Below, one piece after another: positions 29,806 to 38,517 of a stretch of DNA of 59,679 nt. The notes under the pieces were generated by a model. That model was not told the origin of the DNA and made no database searches. It was given only the letters and a program-made list of their open reading frames with translations. The position numbers and the translations under genes are program-made. The first letter of the stretch is position 1. Every line of letters starts with the position of its first letter. Source of the DNA: a virus (lineage: Duplodnaviria > Caudoviricetes); IMG/VR virus record IMGVR_UViG_3300032231_000653, positions 1-59,679 of that record. One strand, 5' to 3'.

Positions 29806-30674
29806 AAATTACATGCGATTGTCAACACACGTTTGAATATTCGGAAAAAGACGTATTTTCACATAAAGTTCTTTGCGGAGATTCCACAAGTACTGCTGAT
29901 GTTGAGAAACTCATGAGTGGAGAAAAGGCGGACATGGTTTTTACGTCTCCGCCATATAGCGACCGCAGAAAATATAAGATAGGTTCTTTTGATTGGGATG
30001 AACTCATGAACGGTGTCTTCACATGTACCTTTTCGGTTGTGAAGGAAACGACACACATTCTTGTAAACCTTGGGCTTGTGCATAAAAACCGGCAGGTGGA
30101 CATGTATTGGAACGCATGGCTAAAATACATGGAAGATGCTGGCTATCCTCTGTTCGGGTGGTACATTTGGGACAAAACATACGGACTTCCCGGTGAGTGG
30201 TCAGGGCGCCTTGCACCTGCATTCGAGTTTATTTTCCACTTTAATAGGAAGACCGATTCCTGCAATAAATGGATTGAGACAAAGGAAACGAGCAGGAATC
30301 GGAAGCATTCAAAATCCCCGGGAATGCGTGACGCCGATGGGACTGTAGGAAAATGGTACTCTCATGATAAAACAGGACAAGATTTTAAGGTTCCTGACTC
30401 AGTCATCAGGATCACTTCTGCAAGCACCGCAGGATGGCCGGAATTTGGATGTAAAACATGGACGCAGGAAGGCGATATTGTATATGAGCCATTCGCAGGA
30501 AGCGGGACGACTATAATTGCTTGCGACAAAACGAAACGGCAGTGTCGTGCAATGGAAATAGCGGAATCGTATATTGATATCGCTGTTGCCAGATACGTTA
30601 AATTTGCCGGAAACGTAGGTATACGGCTTAACGGTAAGAGATATGTATGGGGTAAAAATGAAAATAAATTGTGA
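29802..30674 (+). CDS. Beta-class N4C/N6A DNA methyltransferase (SPPY)
   Basis: CGDST, FTSPPY and EPFAGSGTT motifs; start at the ATGA overlap, N-terminus MKITCDCQHTF. Confidence 0.85.
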   Translation: MKITCDCQHTFEYSEKDVFSHKVLCGDSTSTADVEKLMSGEKADMVFTSPPYSDRRKYKIGSFDWDELMNGVFTCTFSVVKETTHILVNLGLVHKNRQVDMYWNAWLKYMEDAGYPLFGWYIWDKTYGLPGEWSGRLAPAFEFIFHFNRKTDSCNKWIETKETSRNRKHSKSPGMRDADGTVGKWYSHDKTGQDFKVPDSVIRITSASTAGWPEFGCKTWTQEGDIVYEPFAGSGTTIIACDKTKRQCRAMEIAESYIDIAVARYVKFAGNVGIRLNGKRYVWGKNENKL

Positions 30675-31446
30675 ATGTGGACATGAGTTTGAATATGAAG
30701 AAGGTGATATTCATTCGCATAATTTATTGTGTGGTGACGCCACAGTTCTTGATGATGTTGTAAAACTTATGGATGGAGGTAAGGCCGATATGGTTTTTAC
30801 TGATCCTCCTTACAATGTTGATTATGAAGGCTATACAGAAGATAACCTTAAAATTCAGAATGACGCTATGTCAACAGAAGAATTTTGTAAGTTTCTTAAT
30901 GATGTTTTCTCAAACTATCGAATTGTAGCAAAGGACACCACAAGCCTATATATCTGTCATCCTAGTAAATACCAGCGAGAATTTCAGAACGCCATGGAAG
31001 GCGCAGGTTTTGAAATACGCTGCCAGATTGTGTGGGCAAAAAACACCTTTGCATGGGGGTTTGGTCGCTATAAGTTTCAGCATGAGCCGATATTTTATGC
31101 GCATGTTGCTGGGGAATCCGACTCTTGGTACGGTGATAAGAGTCAGGCAACACTGTGGGAGGAGAATAAGCCAGCAGCGAGCAAGTTACATCCTACCATG
31201 AAACCCACAGGACTTGTTATCCGAGCTATAACTAATAGTTCTAAGAAAAATGACATCGTACTAGATTTATTTGGCGGTTCTGGCACGACTATCATAGCAT
31301 GCGAAGAAATGCACAGAGAAGCACGTGTTATGGAACTGGATGAGCATTACTGTGATGTTATAATCCAGCGCTATGTTAATTTATGTGGTAACAAGCATAT
31401 AAGGCGTAATAAGGAGGTTTACGTATGGCCACGTGGGTTGTACTAG
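30658..31446 (+). CDS. Beta-class N6A DNA methyltransferase (DPPY)
   Basis: CGDAT, FTDPPY, HPTMKP and DLFGGSGTT motifs; N-terminus MKINCECGHEF. Confidence 0.9.
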   Translation: MKINCECGHEFEYEEGDIHSHNLLCGDATVLDDVVKLMDGGKADMVFTDPPYNVDYEGYTEDNLKIQNDAMSTEEFCKFLNDVFSNYRIVAKDTTSLYICHPSKYQREFQNAMEGAGFEIRCQIVWAKNTFAWGFGRYKFQHEPIFYAHVAGESDSWYGDKSQATLWEENKPAASKLHPTMKPTGLVIRAITNSSKKNDIVLDLFGGSGTTIIACEEMHREARVMELDEHYCDVIIQRYVNLCGNKHIRRNKEVYVWPRGLY

Positions 31447-31642
31447 CGATATTTATACATACAGGCGGTATATAGTCGGTGCAATTATTGCAACTTGGAG
31501 TTTATGCATGTTAGACAAGAAATTACGCTTCAAAAACTGGTTTATTTTGTTATGTGGGAGATGTTTACTAAATATAACTCTATTAAAAAGGCACAAGAGA
31601 ATACTCGTGTACCTCTTTAGGTTTGGATAAATAGGAGCCTTT

Positions 31643-31843
31643 ATGCTAATAACATGTGAATGTGGGCATACTTTTAGTGTTGAAGATGCATTAGGTGTGG
31701 ATGCTAACATGCAGGATTCTACGCAGCACATATGTAAGGATAATAAGGATAACCTTGATGTGTGTCACAAAAATGAGAAGTGGTTTTACGTAGATTTTTA
31801 TGTACTTTGTGTGATAATGATAGTTATGCAGTTGCATACGTAA
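31643..31843 (+). CDS. Small protein sharing the MTase N-terminal CxCxH knuckle
   Basis: AGGAG RBS; MLITCECGHTF. Confidence 0.55.
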   Translation: MLITCECGHTFSVEDALGVDANMQDSTQHICKDNKDNLDVCHKNEKWFYVDFYVLCVIMIVMQLHT

Positions 31844-31999
31844 CACATGTCTTTGACACATCGAATATACTTAAAACGCAAGCATGTTAAGTGCAATTTG
31901 GTACTAAGGTGTACACTTGTGTCTTGGTTATGGCTGTACCCATACGCGTATACCGGCTACATGTGTTTGATTTTAAAATAGAACTAAAACGCAGGTGCA

Positions 32000-32015
32000 T
32001 GGCATAAAACGTGCA
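32000..32015 (+). promoter_or_regulatory. Sigma54-type promoter
   Basis: TGGCATAAAACGTGCA. Confidence 0.65.
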
Positions 32016-32059
32016 TTTAGTTTGTGTAATGATAAACCTTGATATAAGGAGCAAATATC

Positions 32060-32443
32060 ATGAATATGAGGCAGTTAGCCGCAAAGTACCTTGAGAATGT
32101 GGCGGAATGTGGTAAGTGTCCTATTAGTTTAGAAATGTATGAAGATGCCGTTAATCTTGCTGTGACGTATTTTGGAGCAGAGCGTGATATAAATGAGATA
32201 CGCATGATGCATGTTGATGCATATTTCAATTCAGATACTATTAGCAAGGCGGATGGTGCAGCACTAACATGTAGGCATATAAAACGCAATAAACGTGTAT
32301 TGCGTCATGCATTTCAGTTTGCTTTAGAATGCAATTTAATAAGTCAGTTACCTATACCAAAATTCGAAATGCATGACACGTGTAAAAAAACTGGTGCATT
32401 ATGTGCATGTGTTACCGCAGATGATAGCAAGGCTAATGTATGA
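32060..32443 (+). CDS. Stand-alone tyrosine-recombinase core-binding (SAM-like) domain protein
   Basis: YL......GK...S...Y......YFG ... LR..F.FA....I...P pattern; no catalytic domain. Confidence 0.65.
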   Translation: MNMRQLAAKYLENVAECGKCPISLEMYEDAVNLAVTYFGAERDINEIRMMHVDAYFNSDTISKADGAALTCRHIKRNKRVLRHAFQFALECNLISQLPIPKFEMHDTCKKTGALCACVTADDSKANV

Positions 32444-32516
32444 ACACTCGTTCATGCAGATATGTTTAAAGCTGTTTTTATTTATTAGCTTTTCGTATAG
32501 TTACGAGGTGTAGCTA

Positions 32517-32711
32517 ATGGAAAATTCCAAAAACAAGTTAAGTATCCCTTGGGTTACATGCACAAAATGCTCTACAGCTATACAGCTTGATTTTTTAAAA
32601 GATGGATTATGTGTATTTTGTGGATGCGATTTGAGCACCCACATTGGTGAAGTAGGTGTGGAGAAGGTACTTATTACTAATGATATCTTTTCACGCACAA
32701 TAGGTTTTTAG
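32517..32711 (+). CDS. Small zinc-ribbon protein
   Basis: CxxC...CxxC. Confidence 0.6.
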   Translation: MENSKNKLSIPWVTCTKCSTAIQLDFLKDGLCVFCGCDLSTHIGEVGVEKVLITNDIFSRTIGF

Positions 32712-32714
32712 GAG

Positions 32715-33098
32715 GTGTATATGGTAGATGATGAATTTAACACTGTATTAAGTGATACATTAAAAAAAGTTACGGACATGCTTGCTGTAAAAGGCGCCGA
32801 GTATGCTCATGGAGACCGTTTGTCAAATTTCAAGCAAGCAGCAAAGCTACTCAATACATCTAACAAAGCTGCTTTGGGTGGTATGTTGAGTAAGCATATA
32901 GTTAGTGTATTTAACATGTTGCAGAGTACTGAACAATTTACCTTAGATAAATGGGATGAAAAAATTATTGATGTGATTGCATACATGGTTCTGTTGCGTG
33001 CTGTAATTTCTGAAGATGTGCATAGCATCCGTGGTGCAGACGTCTCGGCAAATGACAGCGCTTTTAATGGCGTAGATATAATTAGTGACTTAATATGA
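32715..33098 (+). CDS. Helical nucleotide-modification-associated / MazG-like protein
   Basis: K..EYA..D...NFK, KH and D...Y..LL pattern. Confidence 0.55.
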   Translation: MYMVDDEFNTVLSDTLKKVTDMLAVKGAEYAHGDRLSNFKQAAKLLNTSNKAALGGMLSKHIVSVFNMLQSTEQFTLDKWDEKIIDVIAYMVLLRAVISEDVHSIRGADVSANDSAFNGVDIISDLI

Positions 33099-33219
33099 AG
33101 GTTGGAGGTTTTGGTTACTGTTTTTACTTTGGTTTAGGCCACGGACGTATCCGAGCGAAATGCAGTAACACTAGTGTGAGGCGTGCTGTACGTAGTAAGA
33201 AAGGTGTTTAAGGGGCGTT

Positions 33220-34065
33220 ATGAACAGTAGGAAAGTATGTTATACAGAAACGTACAAACGGTTTATTAATGATGTTATTAAAGTTGATATACCTACGCGC
33301 AGGGAAGAGCTAAATTTAGCCAAGCGTGCATGTACAGGAGATATTGTTGCTATAAAGAAGTTGGCACATGTCAATCAACGCTTGGTTATTAATATAGCTG
33401 TTAGATATGCGCGCATGAACGACTCCGAGTTGGTGGATATCATACAGGATGGTAACGTTGGTCTTATGAAAGCTATCTCTAAATTTGACCCTGATAAGGG
33501 TTACAGATTTAGTACGTATGCAACGTGGTGGATAATGCAAGCTATAAAGCGTGGCTTAGCGAATACTCAACGAATGATAAGATTACCTGTCCCGTTGCAT
33601 GAGCAGGGCACTAAACTCCTTAAAATAGCACGAAAATTCGAAAATTTAACTGGCAAATTTCCTACGCATAAAAAATTGGCCGAGGAAGCATGTATGGACG
33701 TAGCAGTGGTATCTGATGTGATGAATATTTTACCTAAGCAAGTTATCTCTTTGGATGAAGAGATATCGGAGGGCTTGTTTTTTTACGATTTATTGCCCAA
33801 TGCCACTACTGTGTCTGCTGAGGATGTTACGCAGCAAAATGGTATTGATGAGCGCGTTGTTGCATTTGTTGAGAAAGCGCTTTCCCAAAATGAAGCTTAT
33901 GTAATTTTAGGTATATATGGTATTGGGCGCAAGAGACCCGCAACGTTAAAGCAATTAGGTATTGAACTGGGTTTACATAAATCTCGTATAGGACAGTTAT
34001 CAAAAAGTGGCAAACAAAAATTAAGTTTACGGAAACAATTATTGAAGGAGTACATAAATGGATGA
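33220..34065 (+). CDS. RNA polymerase sigma70-family factor (RpoD/RpoS-like regions 2-4)
   Basis: N.RLV..IA..Y, D.IQ.G..GL.KA..KFDP.KG.RFSTYATWWI.Q and a region-4 HTH. Confidence 0.93.
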   Translation: MNSRKVCYTETYKRFINDVIKVDIPTRREELNLAKRACTGDIVAIKKLAHVNQRLVINIAVRYARMNDSELVDIIQDGNVGLMKAISKFDPDKGYRFSTYATWWIMQAIKRGLANTQRMIRLPVPLHEQGTKLLKIARKFENLTGKFPTHKKLAEEACMDVAVVSDVMNILPKQVISLDEEISEGLFFYDLLPNATTVSAEDVTQQNGIDERVVAFVEKALSQNEAYVILGIYGIGRKRPATLKQLGIELGLHKSRIGQLSKSGKQKLSLRKQLLKEYING

Positions 34066-34252
34066 TTGGTCGAACGAAAGTGATGAGTACGATTATGATG
34101 AAATAATAGCGGAGACGGATGCTGCATGGTGTTTGCGCATGTCTGACACTGGTGAAGGTACTTGGTTTCCAAAAAGTCAGTGTGAGATAGATGACCATAA
34201 TATGGTTGTAGAAGTACCCAACTGGCTTGCGGAAAAGAAAGAACTTATTTAG
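34058..34252 (+). CDS. Hypothetical small protein
   Basis: ET..A......W.PKSQ.......VP.WLA pattern common in phages. Confidence 0.65.
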   Translation: MDDWSNESDEYDYDEIIAETDAAWCLRMSDTGEGTWFPKSQCEIDDHNMVVEVPNWLAEKKELI

Positions 34253-34481
34253 AGGACGCAAAAAAATGGGGCAGAAAGAATATATGGAACTGTGCAGATG
34301 TCTGCTGGCACTGATTATTCCACTGTTAATATGGGCGCTTGGCCAAACGTACTTTATGGCTTAGTAAAAGATTGGTGGAAGAGCACAATGAAAAACAAGA
34401 ACTCTTGTCATGTATGCAAAAACCAGACGTGTAATGTTAGTAAATATCTTAAGAGGATTTAATTTGAAGGAGAACTTAATC

Positions 34482-34682
34482 ATGCCTGATTTTAAGGGCG
34501 AGCTAATAGACTTAATAAACAAGTGTAATAGGGAAGCTGCATCGAATACTCCTGATTTTGTCTTAGCACAATACATGCTGGGAGCTTTAGAGGCTTTTGA
34601 GAACGCCACAGAAGCACGTGACAAATGGTATGGTTGCCCAAGCAAGTGTCGGGAAAATGTGCAGGCTTTAAAGAAAGTCTGA
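34482..34682 (+). CDS. Hypothetical small protein
   Basis: AAGGAG RBS; SNTPDF.LA.Y motif. Confidence 0.65.
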   Translation: MPDFKGELIDLINKCNREAASNTPDFVLAQYMLGALEAFENATEARDKWYGCPSKCRENVQALKKV

Positions 34683-34707
34683 AGACTGAGACGCATAGCC
34701 TAGAGAT

Positions 34708-35481
34708 TTGGACGAAGGAGTAAAAAGGATTTTTACGATGAAAGATAAATATGCAAAATTTATTAAATTCTACTGTAAGGGTGTTTCACAAATTTTCCGC
34801 TGGATACCTCCGGGTAAGTTTCTCATGGGGTCTCCAACAAATGAAAAAGAACGATACGCTGATGAGACTCAGCATAAGGTTGTTTTGACACGGGGTTATT
34901 GGCTTGCAGAAACAGCGTGCACGCAAGCATTATGGAAAGCCGTAATGGGGAACAACCCAAGTGCATTTAAGGGTGCACAAAATCCCGTTGATACGGTCAG
35001 TTGGAATGATGTGATGGCATTTATCGAAAGAATGAACAGTGCACAACCAGGACTTGATTTGCGCCTCCCAACTGAGGCAGAATGGGAATATGCATGTCGT
35101 GCAGGGACGACCACACCTTTTTCCTTTGGTGAAAATATTACACCTGAGCAGGTGAATTATGATGGAAATTACACATACAGCGGCGGCAAAAAGGGGAAAT
35201 ACAGAGAAAAGACCGTAGCTGTAAAATCTTTTCCTTGTAACCAGTGGGGTCTTTATGAAATGCACGGGAATGTTTGGGAGTGGTGTGCTGATTGGTATAA
35301 GAGGAATTATCCTACTGGCCCTGTAATTAACCCTATCGGGCCTGACGACGGCGCGTACCGCGTTTTACGCGGTGGCGGTTGGATCAGCCACGGCAGGGGC
35401 GTCCGTTCTGCCTATCGTAGCTTCAACGGGCCTGACGACCGCGGCAACGGCATTGGCTTTCGCCTTGCGACGAACGCTTAA
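34708..35481 (+). CDS. FGE-sulfatase (CLec-fold) protein with DGR-type variable C-terminus
   Basis: F.MGS, RLPTEAEWEYACR, GNVWEW and RVLRGG.W......RSA.R........IGFR motifs. Confidence 0.9.
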   Translation: MDEGVKRIFTMKDKYAKFIKFYCKGVSQIFRWIPPGKFLMGSPTNEKERYADETQHKVVLTRGYWLAETACTQALWKAVMGNNPSAFKGAQNPVDTVSWNDVMAFIERMNSAQPGLDLRLPTEAEWEYACRAGTTTPFSFGENITPEQVNYDGNYTYSGGKKGKYREKTVAVKSFPCNQWGLYEMHGNVWEWCADWYKRNYPTGPVINPIGPDDGAYRVLRGGGWISHGRGVRSAYRSFNGPDDRGNGIGFRLATNA

Positions 35482-35517
35482 AATGTGCCAATAGAAAATT
35501 ATAGGAGTAATTAGGCT

Positions 35518-36207
35518 ATGAAAGTAGAAAGAAATGAAAATTTAATTAAAGAGTGTACCGAAACTTTAGCAAGTCTTTCACAACATGGAATTAAAATTCA
35601 CGTTTCGGTATTACTTGGTGAAATCCTTGGCTGGCTGGGTGACACTAGAGACTTGGCAGAGTTTGTAGGAATTGAAGGTGGAAAATATGAACTTGAAGAT
35701 TTGGGTAAAGCCGATATCAAGCCCTTTGAAATAGGCAAATATCCTGTAACTAACCAATGGTATAAAGAATTCATAGAGGATAAAGGCTACAGCAAAGAAG
35801 AATATTGGAGTACAGAGGGATGGAAATGGCGGAATAAAGAAAATATTGAATACCCTAGATGTTGGCATGAACGTAAATGGAAGTGTCCCAACGCTCCTGT
35901 CGTGACTGTTTCGTGGTATGAGGCAGATGCTTTTTGTCGATGGCTTACCAAAGCAAGAAATGATGGCTATACATACAGACTTCCTACTGAGGAAGAATGG
36001 CAAGCTGCTGCGGCAGGAAAAAAAGGCCGGGAATATGCGTGGGGAAATGAAGACCCGGACGGTAGGTGTAATGATGGCTATAAGATTGACAAAACTTCCT
36101 CTGTTGGTATTTTCCACAAAGGCTGTACACCTGAAGGTGTGGCAGATATGAGCGGGAATGTTTGGGAGTGGACTTGTTCTTCTTATGACAATAAAAAAAG
36201 ATGTTGA
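35518..36207 (+). CDS. Second FGE-sulfatase-domain protein, C-terminally truncated
   Basis: YPVTN..Y, PV..VSW.EA.AFC, RLPTE.EW and GNVWEW motifs; lacks the RGG.W...GFR end. Confidence 0.8.
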   Translation: MKVERNENLIKECTETLASLSQHGIKIHVSVLLGEILGWLGDTRDLAEFVGIEGGKYELEDLGKADIKPFEIGKYPVTNQWYKEFIEDKGYSKEEYWSTEGWKWRNKENIEYPRCWHERKWKCPNAPVVTVSWYEADAFCRWLTKARNDGYTYRLPTEEEWQAAAAGKKGREYAWGNEDPDGRCNDGYKIDKTSSVGIFHKGCTPEGVADMSGNVWEWTCSSYDNKKRC

Positions 36208-36295
36208 AAAAGCCAAAGAGGATTTTGTAAAGGCTATTTTGGAAATAAATAATTTGATTGAAGATTGAGAAGCCAAAAGCACAAGGAGGGAAGAT

Positions 36296-36847
36296 ATGCT
36301 TATACCGTTTTTATACATAATTACTGTAATGGCCATTTTGGTTGCGGCTGCATCGCTCTCTGTTGCGAATGGATGGCGTAAATTAGCTAAACAACTTAGT
36401 AGCAAAGAACTTCATGAGATGTCTACGAGCAAGGAGAAAGGGATAGACGAAATATTGGAGCAGAATGTGCTTTGGGTAGAGAGTGGAGGAAAAAAAGGGA
36501 AAAGAGCTGATTTGAGATACTGCGATTTTAGTTTCGCAGACTTGTCTGGTGTCAACTTAAGCGGTGATAACTTGGCAGGCGTTGCCTTTAATTACGCATA
36601 CCTGAGGGGTGCCAACTTGGCCGGCGCTGATTTGTCTGGTGCATGCTTTTGTGATGCAGACCTGATTGGTGCTAACTTAACTGGTGCTAACTTAACTGGT
36701 GCCTACTTGAGGGGTGCCTATCTATGTTTTGCTGATCTGACAGATGCCAACTTGAGCGGCGTAGACTTTAGAGGTGTCAATTTGGAAGACGCTAAAGGTG
36801 TAGACCAAACCATAGGGGTGTCTGAAAGGAATGTGAAAAGCTGTTAA
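36296..36847 (+). CDS. Pentapeptide-repeat protein with N-terminal hydrophobic segment
   Basis: Many A(D/N)LxG repeats. Confidence 0.85.
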   Translation: MLIPFLYIITVMAILVAAASLSVANGWRKLAKQLSSKELHEMSTSKEKGIDEILEQNVLWVESGGKKGKRADLRYCDFSFADLSGVNLSGDNLAGVAFNYAYLRGANLAGADLSGACFCDADLIGANLTGANLTGAYLRGAYLCFADLTDANLSGVDFRGVNLEDAKGVDQTIGVSERNVKSC

Positions 36848-36920
36848 AGAGAATACCACGGGGAACTTAAAATAAGGTATCTGATCCACTATAATTAAAA
36901 TAAAGGGAGTTTAAGAATAC

Positions 36921-37409
36921 ATGCAAAAAGAAATAAAGATAAAATTGACAGATTTTATAGATGATATAAAGGTCAGCGAGAAAAGAGACCCTAACAACCT
37001 TACACCAGCTTTAAAGGGGGTACGTACACGCAGAGATGCTTTTTGTTTAGTGACTTACAAATGTAAAGACTGTGGATACCCAGAGACCTTGTGGAATAAC
37101 CGTAGTGAGTCACCTCCATACAGGACTCCGTGTGTAGAATGAGCGGGAATGATGCAGTATGAGACGTGGAACTTCTATAAGGTAAAACCAAACTATATTC
37201 CAAAGGACGCACAGAGGGTTTTTGTAGATTTAACAGAAACCAAAGCACGCAAGATTGCACTATCACAAATTGCTAATAGTAAAGCAGAAAGGTCTAACAG
37301 ATATACGGAAGCAGGACAAGCTAGGCTTAAAAAGATTATAAACCAATATATGCGGTATGAGGCACTAGATATAATTACAGGAAAGGAGTATAAGGAGCTA
37401 AACAAGTAA
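36921..37409 (+). pseudogene. Zinc-ribbon protein interrupted by in-frame TGA at 37140-37142
   Basis: The two ORFs share a frame and read CKDC...CVE*AG. Confidence 0.5.
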
Positions 37410-37619
37410 GGAAAAATACCATGAGGAATTTAAAGTAAGTGGAGGATATAGGTGTACATATGTTAACGCTAGAACGTTTTTATTTGTTAGGACTATTGTT
37501 AGGCTTAATTTTAGCTGCTATTACAAAGCTATATGATATCATTATGTGTAAATTTGCGCCAAATTACAAGTCTATGCGGTAGGCTAGACACGTATACATT
37601 TCTAATGTTATAATACCTC

Positions 37620-37755
37620 TGTGACAAAATTTTATTTGTCACAGTTGATTTTAAAGGAGTTACAAGGATATTTTTCAGGAATGGCACTTTTGTCACACCC
37701 AAATCTGTGACAAAGCACATATTTTGTGACAGTCTGTCACAGTTGATTTTAAAGG
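37620..37755. repeat. Cluster of six TGTCACA/TGTGACA boxes and a 21-bp direct repeat
   Basis: Boxes at 37620, 37637, 37691, 37706, 37725 and 37735; TGTCACAGTTGATTTTAAAGG occurs twice. Confidence 0.85.
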
Positions 37756-37771
37756 GTTTAGGCACTAACGC

Positions 37772-38458
37772 ATGGCAGAAGCAGAGCACGAGAAAGATTA
37801 CGCGAGATGGTTGTTTATGCAACCAAATCCAGATAAACCACACAAACGACTATATTCCTTGCAGCAGATATCAAGTAAGCTTGAGGAACGGTTCTCACCA
37901 CAGAAATTTCCAAGACAATACATTCATAGATGGGCGCATGCGCATGCGCCTGGTGGTGCTCCAAGTTGGGTTGAAAAATTTAGAATAGTGGTAGCCAAAG
38001 GTTATGGGGAAGCATTGTCCGTGGAGGCTGCACGTGTACGTAAGGACGCAGAAGAGGCCACTATTACTTTAGATGATGCTGCTGGTAAGGGTGATTATGC
38101 ACCTTATGATGAATACATGGAGCAAACACGTTCTATGGCATTTAAGGACTATTCTGATTGTAGAGAAATTTATGATTTGGAAAAGCAGTTTATTAAAGTG
38201 ATTTTAGGAGTCAACTTAGGGGAAGTGCAGCGTCTTCTTGTAGAGCATAATGGCGAGTTGCAGAATATACCCGTGAAAACGTTTAATAAGAGGATACCGA
38301 AGTTCATCCAGCACCTTGTTGTGCGTGATGCAAATGCGCGTGCAGAGAGGCTTGATGAGTTCCGAAAAGAAGGATTGGAACAAGGTACTGGCAGTAAGGT
38401 CGATCTGACGGAATTCTCTACGGTAGAACTCATGATGATAGCACGCGCAACTAAATAA
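37772..38458 (+). CDS. Putative terminase small subunit
   Basis: HTH-like N-terminus, DL...S..EL C-terminus, immediately upstream of terL. Confidence 0.55.
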   Translation: MAEAEHEKDYARWLFMQPNPDKPHKRLYSLQQISSKLEERFSPQKFPRQYIHRWAHAHAPGGAPSWVEKFRIVVAKGYGEALSVEAARVRKDAEEATITLDDAAGKGDYAPYDEYMEQTRSMAFKDYSDCREIYDLEKQFIKVILGVNLGEVQRLLVEHNGELQNIPVKTFNKRIPKFIQHLVVRDANARAERLDEFRKEGLEQGTGSKVDLTEFSTVELMMIARATK

Positions 38459-38517
38459 TAAAGTAATAGTATAATATATATATATATATATATATTATAG
38501 CACTGTGGATAACTTGC

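Noticed and set aside
32060-32443. Functional integrase / evidence of lysogeny
   Set aside because: There is no catalytic R-H-x-x-R-Y domain in either paralog, so lifestyle cannot be called from this window.
33110-33175. Pistol/hammerhead ribozyme-like stretch upstream of the sigma gene
   Set aside because: A GTTACTG/CAGTAAC stem exists, but the conserved cores (CUGANGA; pistol pseudoknot partner) are absent.
35337-35439. 13-bp direct repeat CGGGCCTGACGAC as a DGR TR/VR pair
   Set aside because: It is too short, and both copies lie in the same CDS (GPDD twice); not a template repeat.
37726-37740. matS site (GTGACRNYGTCAC)
   Set aside because: GTGACAGTCTGTCAC is 15 bp, not 13; the spacing is wrong.
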